This document shows, one piece after another, positions 1-12,357 of a DNA stretch of 64,000 nucleotides; the stretch's first letter is position 1; each line of letters opens with the position of its first letter. Source of the DNA: Squalus acanthias (Eukaryota); the NCBI GenBank assembly GCA_030390025.1, contig JASTWF010000180.1:1-64000 (forward strand). Direction: 5' to 3'. The notes beneath the pieces were generated by a model. That model was not told the origin of the DNA, searched no databases, and worked only from the letters and a program-made list of their open reading frames with translations. The translations under genes and the position numbers were made by a program.

Positions 1-119
1 AGGGTTTGATCGGCAAATGATGGAATAAGTTCATCCTGTAGTCACATTTCGAGTTGTTTGGTTATGTTATAAGCACGGGTTACAGAGTCTAACTTGTTCA
101 ATGGGCCATTCTTTCCCAG

Positions 120-419
120 CGACACAGTCTCCTCCCACCCTCTACGCCCTGCTCTCCTCCTGTGGACAACCCAACACCGGCGGCCCCGTCACGTACGGCT
201 GTTTGGCGATGGATTACTTCCCGGAAATCACCAGCCTTTCCTGGAGTAAAGATAAAGAGCCGATCACCACTGGATTGAAGACCTACCCGTCAGTGTTCAA
301 CAAGCAGGGCACCTACACCTTGAGCAGCCAGTTAACCATCACCGAGTCAGAGGTGGGGAGCAGCGCCATCTACTGCCAGGTTCGACGAAGTGATTCGGAC
401 TGGAGCGTCCAAATGCCAG
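120..419 (+). CDS. IGHM: IgM heavy chain constant exon Cmu1 (C1-set Ig domain)
   Basis: Acceptor ttcccAG at 118-119, donor GTTAGT at 420. Translates (A)[14 protein letters not shown]...YGCLAMDY...SWSKD...TYPSV...[18 protein letters not shown], closely resembling elasmobranch IgM CH1 (Cys-Trp-Cys plus an N-terminal Cys for the light-chain bond). Confidence 0.95.
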
Positions 420-439
420 GTTAGTGTTGTGGGATACAG

Positions 440-1157
440 GGGGAAACTGTGAAAAGCAGAGAAGTTATGTTCAACTTCTATACAACTTTGTTTAGACCAG
501 ACTTAGAGTACTGTGTACAGGTCTGGTCTCCATATCACACTTAGAGCACTGTGTACAGGTCTGGTCTCGATATCACACTTCCAGTACTGTGCACAGGTCT
601 GGTCTCCATATCACACTTAGAGTACTGTCCATATTTCTGGTTTCCATATTATAAGAATGATACAGAGGCACTGGAGAAGTGCAAAAAAGATTTAGAAGGA
701 CGATACCAGAACTGAAAAATTGTAACTGTCAAGAATGATTGAACGGGTTTGGGATCTTTTCTCTAGAAAAGAGAAGGCTGAGGGGTGGCCGAATAGAGGT
801 CTTTAAAATTATGAAGGGGTTTGAAAGGTTAGATATAGCGACAATATTTCTGCTTGAGGAGGAGCCCGATACTAGGGGCCATAAATATAAGATAATCACT
901 AATAAATCCAATAGGGAATTCAGGAGAAACTTCTTTACCCAGAGAGTGGGTAGAATGTGGAACTCGTCACCACATGGAGTAGTTGAGGCGAACAGCATAG
1001 ATGCGTTTCAGGGGAATCTAGATAAGTACAGGAGGGAGAAAGGAATAGAAGGTTATGTTGATGGGGGAGATGAAGTAGGGAGAGAGGAGGCTCATGTGGA
1101 GCATAAACACCGACCTGTTGGGCAGAGTGGCCTGTTTCTGTGTTGTAGATTCTATGT
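440..1157 (+). mobile_element. CR1 LINE 3' fragment in Cmu1-Cmu2 intron (with a ~39-bp tandem duplication at ~500-650)
   Basis: Degenerate CR1 ORF2 C-terminus ([32 protein letters not shown]) plus 3' tail. Confidence 0.85.
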
Positions 1158-1228
1158 AAAAAACCGCTTTACAGTTCTTATTGTTTGGATTACAACAAAT
1201 AATCCCAATAAAATGTATTTTCTTGCAG

Positions 1229-1540
1229 ATCGTGTGGTACATCATCCAACTGTGATCCTCACCCTGAGTTCCAGTGAAGAAATCATCAGCAGCAGGTCTG
1301 CAACCGCCGTGTGTTCAATCATCGATTTCCGTCCAATGTCACTGACCGTGAATTGGCTGAAGAATGGACAACTCATGGATTCGGGCTTCGTCACCTCTCC
1401 CGTCTTTGAAGTGAACGGGAACTTCTCGGCGACCAGTCGGCTGACATTCACCGCAGGGGAATGGTTCGCCGGCTTGGTCTATACCTGCCAGGTCTCTCAT
1501 CAAGGGGACATCCAAAGCCGAAACATCACCAGATCTCCGG
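1229..1540 (+). CDS. IGHM: IgM constant exon Cmu2
   Basis: Acceptor ttgcAG 1227-1228, donor GTAAGA 1541, phase 1/1. HPTVILT...[10 protein letters not shown]...VNWLKNG...SATSRLT...YTCQVSH. Confidence 0.95.
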
Positions 1541-1599
1541 GTAAGAGACACAACCCCGAGAAGTCCCAGATCATTCTGAGCGCCGCACTCAGTCAGGAG

Positions 1600-2210
1600 T
1601 CATAGAGTCATAACGGCACAGAAGGAGGCCATTCGGCCCATCGAGTCCGTGCCGGCTCTCTGTTGAGCAATCTAGTCAGTCCCATTCCCCTGCTCTATCC
1701 CCGTAGCCCTGCAAGTTTATTTCCCTCAAGTGCCGATCCAGTCTCCCCTTGAAAACATTGAGTGTCTCCGCTTCCACCACTTCCGTTCGCATTCCAGGTT
1801 ATCACCACTCGCTGCGTAAAAAAGCTTTTCCACACAACCCCCCTGTATCTCTTGCCCAAAACCTTAAATCTGTGACCCTAGTTCTTATACCATCAACTAG
1901 TGGGAACAGGCTTTCCCCGTCTAGCCTATCCAAACCCGTCATAATCTTGTACACTTCTATCAAATCACCCCTCAACCTCCTTTGCTCTAATGAAAACAAA
2001 TCCAGCTTCTCCAACCTGTCCTTGTAGCTAAGATCCCCCATCCCCGGAACCATTCTGGTAAATCTCCTCTGCACCCTCTCAAGGGCCTTCACATCCTTCC
2101 TAAAGTGTGGTGACCGGAACTGGACACAATGCTCCAGTTGTGGCCTAACCAGTGCTTTATAAAGGTTCAGCATAACTTCTCTACTTTTGTAATCAATACC
2201 TCTATTGTTT
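1600..2210 (-). mobile_element. CR1 LINE 3' fragment
   Basis: ORF 1802-2173(-): LYKALVRPQLEHCVQF...LERVQRRFTRM...FSLEQRRLRGDLIEVYKI. Confidence 0.9.
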
Positions 2211-2479
2211 TATTGGACTTTTATTGGAATTAGTAAAAAGCACAGATCTATTTCTAATTTCCAATCATACAGTTTGTGTTTCCTTCCGATGTCAGTGCTG
2301 ACTCAGGGTTCCTCACGGTTCAGGATTCCAGCACTTCGCCAAAGGTTTCCCTCAGCTGTGATGTCAGACAGTGAGTGAGGTGTCCTCGGTCTCAGGTTTA
2401 TCCTGAGTTGGCTGATCATATTCGGAGCGGCAGTAGGTGTCTGGAACCCTTTACTGGTAACTGTCTCGGGACCCACTGC

Positions 2480-3040
2480 TAGAAAGGACATCTGCCCTAT
2501 TTAGAGAACTGCGTTCAATTCTGGGCACCGCCCATCAGGATGGATATACTGGCTTTAGAGGGGGCAACGCAAATTCACCCGAATCATACCGGGGCTGAAA
2601 GGGTTAAATTATGAGGACAGGTTGCATAGAATAGGCTTGTATTCCTTTGAGTATAGAAGATTAAGAGGTGATCTAATTGAGGTGTTTAAGTTGATAAATG
2701 GAATTGATAGGGGAGATAGAGAGAAACTATTTCCTCTGGTGCGGGAGTCCAGAACAAGGGGCATAACCTTAAAATTAGAACCGAGCCGTTCAGGGGTGAT
2801 GTCAGGAAGCACTTCTTCACACAAAGGACAGTGGAAATCTGGAACTCTCTCCCCCAAAAGCTGTTGAGGCTGGGGGTCAATTGAAAATTTCAAAACTGAG
2901 ATTGATAGATGTTTGTTAGGCAAGGTATCAAGGGTTACAGAAACAAGGCGGGTAGATGGTGTTGAGGTGTAGATCAGCCATGATCTCATTGAATGGCGGA
3001 ACAGGCTGGATGGGCCGAATGGCCTGCTCCTGTTCCCATG
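2480..3040 (+). mobile_element. CR1 LINE 3' fragment
   Basis: GLYSFEYRRLRGDLIEVFK...LFPLV..SRTRG motif and CR1-type 3' end (gggccgaatggcctgctcctg). Confidence 0.85.
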
Positions 3041-3734
3041 TTGCTATTACTGCCCTGCGGTCATATTTCCTTCTGACTCTCTCAGCAGACATGATAAGTG
3101 TTCACTACTGACAGAAATGAACACATTACTTCATATCGGCATTACACATTATTCACCACCACAAAAGACCCCTTGGAACTCCATTCTCCCGACCTTTCAC
3201 TTCTCCTCTGACGGGGGCTGCAACTGATTCCTGCACATTTTCATCGCCCCAAAATCGCAACAAGACACCAGAAAATTAACTTTGTTTCCTGTTGCACCTA
3301 AAATCCTGGATTTCATTTGACACTCGGTTTGAACCAGTGTAATTTTCGTGTAGAGCTCTTGACCCTGGGGGCGGAACCATTATAATGAGCGGGAATGCGT
3401 TCGGGCACAAGGATCTACAGACGGGCGTAAAGGAGCAAGGGATTTCGGGAAGAGCGCTATTTACTGCCTAATAAAATTGCGGCCGAATTTATTCAAAGTT
3501 TTTACGCCGGGTGTTTGCTTCACAGGAGGCTCTGGGAGCAAATACACAGGAAATGTTAAAGAGTCTCCAGGAATCGTTGTCAATTCGTTGTCCTTCCAAT
3601 AACGATGGTGTTTAAGCAACAACGAGAGGTTGATATCTCAAAGGTGATTTATTCTCCCTGAGAGAGTGAAGGCTGAATACTGGTGTCCTGATTCTGAAGA
3701 TGGAGCTTTGCTTGACTTTCATTTCTGTTCACAG

Positions 3735-4049
3735 ATGAGATCCGATGCAACGATCCAGAAATCACTCTTCCGCAACCGTCACTAGAACAGGTCTTACTGG
3801 AGGCGACGGTGACCTTAACCTGCGTCGTGTCTAATGCTCCTTATGGAGTCAACGTGTCCTGGACCCGAGAAAAGGAGACTTTGAAATCAGAGATTGCCGT
3901 CCAACCCGGAGAGGCTCCCAACAGCGTGATCAGCAACTTAAACATCTCGACACAAGCCTGGCTGAGTGGGGATGAGTTCTACTGCGTGGTGAGCCATCAG
4001 GATATGCCGACTCCTATAAGAGATTCCATCCACAAGGAAAAGGTGAGCG
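3735..4049 (+). CDS. IGHM: IgM constant exon Cmu3 (3' end ambiguous: 4042 or 4049)
   Basis: Acceptor ttcacAG 3733-3734. CNDPEITL...[26 protein letters not shown]...FYCVVSHQD...SIHKEK. Two GT donors follow: 4043 (phase 0, out of frame with Cmu4) and 4050 (phase 1, in frame). Confidence 0.9.
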
Positions 4050-4184
4050 GTGAGATTGTAGCAATAAGTGAGACTCTGTGACTATTTCCGGTGTTTGTTC
4101 ACGGCTCAATTCGTTTTATTCAGTGTTTTAATGGACTGCTCTGATAATTCAATGGGCAATTCCACCAACTAAACCACCTGGACC

Positions 4185-4358
4185 CGAGATGATGCATTTA
4201 AAGGGAAGCTGGATAAGTCAATGAGGGAAAAAGGAATAGAAGGATATGTTATTAGGGTTAGATGAAGTAAGGTGGGAGGAGTCTCGTGTGGAGCATAAAC
4301 AGCGGCATTGACCAGTTGGGCCGAATGGTCTGTTTCTATGATGTAAATTCTATATAAT
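4185..4358 (+). mobile_element. Short CR1 3'-end fragment in Cmu3-Cmu4 intron
   Basis: Matches the 3' ends of the CR1 copies at ~1000-1157 and ~61490-61655. Confidence 0.7.
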
Positions 4359-4559
4359 TTTCCAGTCCAACTCTTCAAGCTCCCAGAGAGAAGGATTGTA
4401 TCCCCCTCTGCTCCGGGCTGGAAAACCGGACAGGACACAGAGGGGAAAAGGGAATCCTTTAAAATGCAGCGCAAAGCACATTTCTCTCACATCTAACCGC
4501 CGGTTTCATTGTCTCTGGAATTCTCCAGTTTATTGACCTTTATTGTAATTGTTCTGCAG

Positions 4560-4951
4560 CTAAAGATCCGCGGGAACCGTCCGTGTCTGTCCTCCTGCCC
4601 CCGGCAGAAGAAGTCTCCGCTCAGAGGTTCGTCAGCCTCACCTGCTTAGTGAGAGGTTTCTCCCCCCGAGAGATCTTCGTCAAGTGGACCGTCAATGACA
4701 AGCCGGTGAATTCCGGCAACTACAAGAACACCGAGGTGATGGCGGAGAACGGCAGCAGTTCCTTCTTCATGTACAGCCTGTTATCCATTGCAGCGGAGGA
4801 GTGGGCCAGCGGCGCTTCTTACTCCTGTGTGGTGGGACATGAAGCGATCCCCTTGAAGATCATCAACAGAACGGTTAATAAATCCAGCGGTAAACCCAGT
4901 TTTGTCAACATTTCCCTTGTTCTGATGGACACCGTCAATTCTTGTCAATGA
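4560..4951 (+). CDS. IGHM: IgM constant exon Cmu4 plus secretory tailpiece
   Basis: Acceptor ctgcAG 4558-4559. [11 protein letters not shown]...[18 protein letters not shown]...[11 protein letters not shown]. The tail [20 protein letters not shown] has an N-glycosylation sequon (NIS) and a penultimate Cys. An internal donor G|GTAAAC at 4890 serves the membrane form. Confidence 0.97.
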
Positions 4952-4979
4952 GAATCTCTCGATTGCATTTTAGTTCTTG

Positions 4980-4995
4980 AATAAAAACCAATAAA
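4980..4995 (+). terminator. Polyadenylation signals of secreted mu transcript (two AATAAA)
   Basis: AATAAA at 4980-4985 and 4990-4995, about 30-45 nt after the tailpiece stop. Confidence 0.8.
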
Positions 4996-5384
4996 GGCAT
5001 TTTCTTCCAATCGGCAGTAACACACACAGCCGCTCCATTAATTTTGTTTCCCATTTTTGCCAAGGGAAGGGCTGTTTATCTGAAGCAGGATATTTGCCGG
5101 TCTCGGGCCCAAGGCTTGTACAGCCAGCGCTCCCAGCTCAGATACACCACGGGTTAGAGACAGACTGAAGCTCTTCATGACAGGATTCCTCAAAATCACT
5201 TCAGCAACTTTCCTCCCGCTGGTGGAAATCTGAAAAGTTCCCATTTCAGACAAACAAACGCAGCACATTTCGATCTCGGTGTCCCTGTTTCTCGTGCTGT
5301 CCATCACTTCAGAATTGGGGCCAGTTTTATTTTGCAGCATCACACCCTCTGGGGACTGAAATAAGGCCACACACGAACACGAAC

Positions 5385-8300
5385 TGTAACCCCCCACCCC
5401 CACCAGAGAGACGAGAAAGGGCAATTGTTAACCCACTGTACCTCCCACTCCCCCACCAGAGAGAGGGAAAGGGCAATTGTTAACCCACTGTACCTCCCAC
5501 TCCCCCAACAGAGAGAGGGGAAAGGGCAATTGTTAACCCACTGTACCCCCCACTCCCCCACCAGAGAGAGGGGAAAGGGCAATTGTTAACCCACTGTACC
5601 CCCACTCCCCCACCAGAGAGAGGGGAAAGGGCAATTGTTAACCCACTGTACCCCCACTCCCCCACCAGAGAGAGGGGAAAGGGCAATTGTTAACCCACTG
5701 TACCCCCACTCCCCCACCAGAGAGAGGGGAAAGGGCAATTGTTAACCCACTGTACCTCCCACTCCCCCACCAGAGAGAGGGGAAAGGGCAATTGTTAACC
5801 CACTGTACCCCCACTCCCCCACCAGAGAGAGGGGAAAGGGCAATTGTTAACCCACTGTACCCCCACTCCCCCACCAGAGAGAGGGGAAAGGGCAATTGTT
5901 AACCCACTGTACCCCCACTCCCCCACCAGAGAGAGGGGAAAGGGCAATTGTTAACCCACTGTACCCCCACTCCCCCACCAGAGAGAGGGGAAAGGGCAAT
6001 TGTTAACCCACTGTACCCCCCACTCCCCCACCAGAGAGAGGGGAAAGGGCAATTGTTAACCCACTGTACTCCCACTCCCCCACCAGAGAGAGGGGAAAGG
6101 GCAATTGTTAACCCACTGTACCTCCCACTCCCCCACCAGAGAGAGGGGAAAGGGCAATTGTTAACCCACTGTACCCCCACTCCCCCACCAGAGAGAGGGG
6201 AAAGGGCAATTGTTAACCCACTGTACCCCCACTCCCCCACCAGAGAGAGGGGAAAGGGCAATTGTTAACCCACTGTACCTCCCACTCCCCCACCAGAGAG
6301 AGGGGAAAGGGCAATTGTTAACCCACTGTACCTCCCACTCCCCCACCAGAGAGAGGGGAAAGGGCAATTGTTAACCCACTGTACCTCCCACTCCCCCACC
6401 AGAGAGAGGGGAAAGGGCAATTGTTAACCCACTGTACCCCCACTCCCCCACCAGAGAGAGGGGAAAGGGCAATTGTTAACCCACTGTACCCCCCACTCCC
6501 CCACAAGAGAGAGGGGAAAGGGCAATTGTTAACCCACTGTACCCCCACTCCCCCACCAGAGAGAGGGGAAAGGGCAATTGTTAACCCACTGTACCCCCAC
6601 TCCCCCACCAGAGAGAGGGGAAAGGGCAATTGTTAACCCACTGTACCTCCCACTCCCCCACCAGAGAGAGCGGAAAGGGCAATTGTTAACCCACTGTACC
6701 CCCACTCCCCCACCAGAGAGAGGGGAAAGGGCAATTGTTAACCCACTGTACCTCCCACTCCCCACCAGAGAGAGGGGAAAGGGCAATTGTTAACCCACTG
6801 TACCCCCACTCCCCACCAGAGAGAGGGAAAGGGCAATTGTTAACCCACTGTACCCCCACTCCCCACCAGAGAGAGGGAAAGGGCAATTGTTAACCCACTG
6901 TACCCCCCACTCCCCCACCAGAGAGAGGGGAAAGGGCAATTGTTAACCCACTGTACCCCACTCCCCCACCAGAGAGAGAGGAAAGGGCAATTGTTAACCC
7001 ACTGTACCCCCCACTCCCCCACCAGAGAGAGGGGAAAGGGCAATTGTTAACACACTGTACCCCCCACTCCCTCACCAGAGAGAGCGGAAAGGGCAATTGT
7101 TAACCCACTGTAGCCCCCACTCCCCCACCTCAGAGAGGGGTGAAAGGGCAATTCTTAACCCACTGTACCCCCACTCCTTCACCAGAGAGAGTGAAACGGA
7201 CAATTGTTAAACAACAGTACCTCCCACTCCCCCACCAGAGAGAGGGGAAAGGGCAATTGTTAACCCACTGTACCCCCCATTCCCCCACCAGAGAGAGGGG
7301 AAAGGGCAATTGTTAACCCATTGTACCCCCACTCCCCACCAGAGAGAGGGGAAAGGGTAATTGTGAACCCGCTGTACATCCCACTCCCCCACCGGAGAGA
7401 GGGGAAAGGGCAATTGTTAACCCACTGTACCTCCCACTCCCCCACCAGAGAGCGGGGAAAGGGTAATTGTTAACCCACTGTACCCCCCACTCCCCCACCA
7501 GAGAGAGGGGAAGGGCAATTATTAACACACTGTATCCCCCACTCCCCCACCAGAGAGAGTGGAAAGGGCAATTGTTAACCCACTGTACGCCCCACTCCCC
7601 CACCAGAGAGGGGGGAAACAGCAATTGTTAACCCACTGTACTCCCACTCCCCCACCAGGGAGAGTGGAACGGACAATTGTTAACCCACTGTACCCCCCAC
7701 CCCCCGACCAGAGAGGGGGGAAAGAGCAATTGTTAACCCACTGTACCCCCCACTCCCCCACCAGAGATGGGGGAAAGAGCAATTGTTAACCCACTGTACC
7801 CCCACTCCCCCACCAGAGAGAGGGGAAAGGGCAATTGTTAACCCACTGTACCCCCCACTCCCCCACCAGAGAGAGGGGAAAGGGTAATTGTTAACCCACT
7901 GTACCCCCACTCCCCCACCAGAGAGAGAGGAAAGGGCAGTTGTTAACCCACTGTACCCCCACTCCCCCACCAGAGAGAGGGGAAAGGGCAGTTGTTAACC
8001 CACTGTACCCCCCACTCCCCCACCAGAAAGAGGGGAAAGGGCAATTGTTAACCCACTGTACCCCCACTCCCCCACCAGAGAGAGAGGAAAGGGCCGTTGT
8101 TAACCCACTGTACTTCCCACTCTCCCACCAGAGAGAGGGGAAAGGGCAATTGTTAACCCACTGTACCTCCACTCCCCCACCAGAGAGAGGGGAAAGGGAA
8201 ATTGTTAACTCACTGTAGCTCCCCCTCCCTCACCAGAGAGAGGGGAAAGGGCAATTGTTAACCCACTGTACCCCCCCACTCTCCCACCAGAAAGAGGGGA

Positions 8301-8716
8301 AAGGGCAATTGGAAACCCAATGTACCCCCACTCTCCCACCAGAGAGAGTGGAAAGTGTAATTGTTAACCCACTGTAGCCCCACTGCCCCACCAGAGAGAG
8401 GGGAAAGGGCAATTGTTAACCCACTGTACCCCCACTCCCCCACCAGAGAAAGGGGAAAGGGCAATTGTTAACCCACTGTACCCCCACTCCCCACCAGAGA
8501 GAGGGGAAAGGGCAATTGTTAACCCACTGTACCCCCACTCCCCCACCAGAGAAAGGGGAAAGGGCAATTGTTAACCCACTGTACCTCTCAGTCCTCTACC
8601 AGAAAGAGGGGAAAGGGTAATTGTGATCCCACTGTACCTCCCACTCGCTGACCAGAGAGAGGGGGAAGGGCAATTGTGAACCCACTGTTCCTCCCACTCT
8701 CCCATCATAGAGAGGG
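5385..8716. repeat. Minisatellite, ~52-53-bp unit GAAAGGGCAATTGTTAACCCACTGTACCCCCACTCCCCCACCAGAGAGAGGG, roughly 60-65 copies
   Basis: Directly visible tandem array. It is nearly homogeneous at 5500-7050 and more diverged 3' of that. Confidence 0.98.
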
Positions 8717-8968
8717 GTGGTGAACCAATCTCAATTATATGAACTCAGTTGCCATCAGTAGAAAGTCAGCTTCTAACTCAATGTCCGAAAATATTAAACT
8801 TGCCGCATGGGAATCATTTTGTGATATAAATATTTAGTCAACATATTGGCCCAGAAATTAGGCTCCCTGGCTTCCCGCGGGTGCAAGGATCCCGCGCGCA
8901 CCTACCTACCGTGCCTGCCGTTGACCTCTGGGCCCACGGGGACTTCAGCTCCTGGGCCTCCCCCAACA

Positions 8969-11900
8969 GGGCATTCTTAAGGGGGAGGGTGAGCAGGCAG
9001 AGGTTGTGGTTCACATTGGGACCAACGACATAGGTAGGAACGGGGAGGAGGTCCTGCATCAAGAATTTAGGGAGCTAGGCAGCAGATGAAAGAGCAGGAC
9101 CTCAAAGGTTGTAATCTCTGGATTACTCCCAGTGCCACGTGCTAGTGAGTATAGGAATAGGAGGATAGAACAGATGAATGCGTGGCTAAAGATTTGGCGC
9201 AGGAGGGAGGGTTTTAGTTTCCTGGATCACTGGGCCTGCTTCTGGGGAAGGTGGGACTTGTACAAGTCGGACGGTTTGCACCTGAACCAGAGCGGGACAA
9301 ATATCCTTGCGGGGAGGTTTGCTAGCACTGTTGGGGGGGCGGCGGGGGGGGTGGGGGTGTTAAACTAACTTGGCAGGGGGATGGGATTCAGAGTGGAGCT
9401 ACAATAGGGGGTGATGTACAGTCAAATATAGAGAAAAAAACAAGTCAGCTTGGAAGACAGGGCAAACATGTAAGAGCAAGGCTGGAAGGCATCTATTTTA
9501 ATGCAAGGAGTCTAGCGAATAAGGTGGATGAACTGAAGGTGTTGATAAACACATGGGAGTATGATATTGTTGCTATCACGGAGACATGGTTGAGGGAGGG
9601 GCAAGACTGGCAGCTCAATATTCCGGGGTACAGAATCTTCAGGCGAGACAGAGGGGGAGGTATAAGAGGAGGGGGTGTCGCAATATTAATTAAGGAATCA
9701 ATTACTGCCATAAGGAGGGATAATATATTAGCAGGTTCCTCCAATGAGGCTATATGGGTGGAGCTTAAAAACAAAAAGGGGGCAAGCACTTTGCTGGGAG
9801 CGTACTATAGGCCCCCAAACAGTCAGGGGGAGATAGAGGAACAGATCTGTAGGCAAATCTCAGAGAAATGTGCAAATAATAGGGTAATAATAATGGGGGA
9901 TTTCAACTTCCCCAATATTAACTGGGATAGTCAGAGTGTGAAAGGCTTAGAGGGTTCAAAATTCTTAAAGTGCATCCAGGAGAGCTTTTTGAGCCAGCAT
10001 GTAGAAAGTCCTACAAGAGAGGGGGCGGTACTGGACCTAATTCTAGGGAATGTGGCCGGCCAAGTGGAAGAAGTGCTAGTAGGTGAGCACTTTGGTGACA
10101 GTGACCATAATACGGTGAGATTTAAGGTGGTCATGGAAAAGGACAGGGATGGGCCGGAAATAAAGGTTCTAAATTGGGGGAAGGCCGATTTTAATAGGAT
10201 AAGGCAGGATCTGGCCAAAAGGGACTGGGATCAGCTGCTTGTAGGAAAATCCGCATTGGAGCAATGGGATTCTTTCAGAAGGGAGATTGAGATCATACAA
10301 TGGCAGCATGTTCCCGTAAAGGTCAAGGGTGGTTCCAAAAACCACAGGGAACCTTGGATGTCAGGGGATATACGAGAATGGATCAGGAAAAAAAGGAGGG
10401 CTTTTGGCAGATACAAAATGCTAAAGACGGAGGAAGCACTAGAGGAGTACAAAAAGTGCAGGGGGATACTTAAAAAAGAAATGAGGAGATCAAAGAGGGG
10501 CCATGAAATAACACTGGCGAGCAAAATAAAGGAAAATCCTAAGATGTTTTCTAAGTATATTAAGGGTAAGTTGATAACTAGGGAAAAAATAGGGCCCATT
10601 AGGGACAAAAGTGGCAATCTGTGTGTGGAGCCGGAAGATGGAGGTGGGGTTCTAAATGAATTTTTTGCATCTGTTTTCACTATGGAGAAGGACGATGCAG
10701 ACATAAAATTAGGGCAGGGGGACTGTGATATACTCGAACATTTTAACATCGAGAGGGAGGAGGTATTGGCGGTTTTAGCAGGTCTGAAAATGGATAAATC
10801 CCCAGGTCTGGACGAAATGTATCCCAGGCTGCTGTGTGAGGCAAAGGAGGAGATTGCGGGGGGTCTAACACATATATTCAGAACCTCTCTGGCCACAGGG
10901 GATGTGCCAGAGGACTGGAGAACCGCTAATGTAGTACCATTATTCAAGAAAGGGAGTAGGGAAAAACCGGGGAACTACAGGCCAGTGAGCCTAACATCAG
11001 TGGTAGGAAAATTATTGGAAAAAATTCTGAGGGACAAAATCAGTCTCCACTTGGAGAGGCAAGGATTAATCAGGGTTAGCCAACATGGCTTTGTCAAGGG
11101 AAGATCATGTCTGACTAATTTGATTGAATTTGTTGAGGGGGTGACTAGGTGTGTGGATGAGGGTAACGCAGTGGATGTGGTATACATGGATTTCAGTAAG
11201 GCCTTCGATAAAGTCCCGCACAGGAGACTGGTCAAGAAGGTAAGAGCCCATGGAATCCAGGGTGCCTTGGCACATTGGATACAAAACTGGCTCAGTGGCA
11301 GAAGGCAGAGGGTGGTGGTCGAAGGTTGTTTTTGTGACTGGAAGCCTGTGGCCAGTGGGGTACCACAGGGATCGGTGCTGGGTCCCTTGCTGTTTGTGGT
11401 CTACATTAACGACTTGGATATGAATGTAAAAGGTATGATCAGTAAGTTCGCAGATGATACAAAAATTGGTAGGGTGGTAAATAGCGAGGAGGGTAGCCTC
11501 AGTCTGCAGGACGATATAGATGGGTTGGTCAGATGGGCGGAACAGTGGCAAATGGAATTTAATCCGGAAAAGTGCGAGGTGATGCACTTTGGAGGGACTA
11601 ACAAGGCAAGGGAATACACAATGAATGGTAAGACCCTAGGCAAGACGGAGGGTCAGAGGGATCTTGGTGTGCAAGTACACAGATCCCTGAAGGCGGCGGA
11701 ACAGGTGGATAAGGTGGTAAAAAAGGCATATGGGATACTGGCATTCATTAGCCGAGGCATAGAATATAAGAGCAAGGAGGTTATGATGGAGCTGTATAAA
11801 ACACTGGTTAGGCCACATCTGGAATACTGTGTGCAGTTCTGGTCGCCACACTACAGGAAGGATGTGATCGCTTTGGAGAGGGTGCAGAGGAGATTCACCA

Positions 11901-12357
11901 GAATGTTACCCGGGCTGGAGTGCTTCAGCTATGAAGAGAGACTGGGCAGATTGGGTTTGTTTTCCTTGGAGCAGAGGAGGCTGAGGGGGGACATGATTTA
12001 GGTGTACAAAATTATGAGGGGCATAGATAGGATGGATACTAAGGAGCTTTTTCCCTTTGTAGAGGGGTCTATAACAAGGGGGCATAGATTCAAGGTAAAG
12101 GGCGGGAGGTTTAGAAGGGATTTGAGAAAGAACTTTTTCACCCAGAGGGTGGTTGGAGTCTGGAACTCACTGCCTGAAAGGGTTGTGGAGGCAGGAACCC
12201 TCACAACATTCAAGAAGCATTTGGATGAGCACTTGAAATGCCATAGCATACAAGGCTACGGACCAAATGCTGGAATATGGGATTAGATTAGACAGGGCTT
12301 GATGGCCGGCGCGGACACGATGGGCCGAAGGGCCTCTATCCGTGCTGTATAACTCTA
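8969..12357 (+). mobile_element. CR1 LINE, 5'-truncated within ORF1 (SGNH esterase), with near-intact ORF2
   Basis: ORF1 remnant VVVHIGTNDIG...DGLHLN (SGNH blocks), then an APE+RT ORF2 and a CR1 3' tail. Confidence 0.95.
9524..12286 (+). pseudogene. CR1 ORF2 (APE endonuclease + reverse transcriptase), one in-frame stop at 11999-12001
   Basis: AITETWL, YYRPP, MGDFN, SDH (APE); NYRPVSLTS, DFSKAFDKV, GVPQGSVLGP, FADD (RT). Reading continues in the same frame 12002-12286. Confidence 0.9.

Noticed and set aside
739-1605. 288-aa ORF as a LINE-Ig fusion protein
   Set aside because: Chance read-through from an intronic CR1 fragment into the Cmu2 exon, which has its own acceptor at 1228.
5385-8716. 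CRISPR-like array or classical class-switch region
   Set aside because: There are no unique spacers and the context is a vertebrate genome. It lies 3' of Cmu4 rather than 5' of Cmu1 and lacks AGCT-rich units. The many ORFs over it are repeat artefacts.
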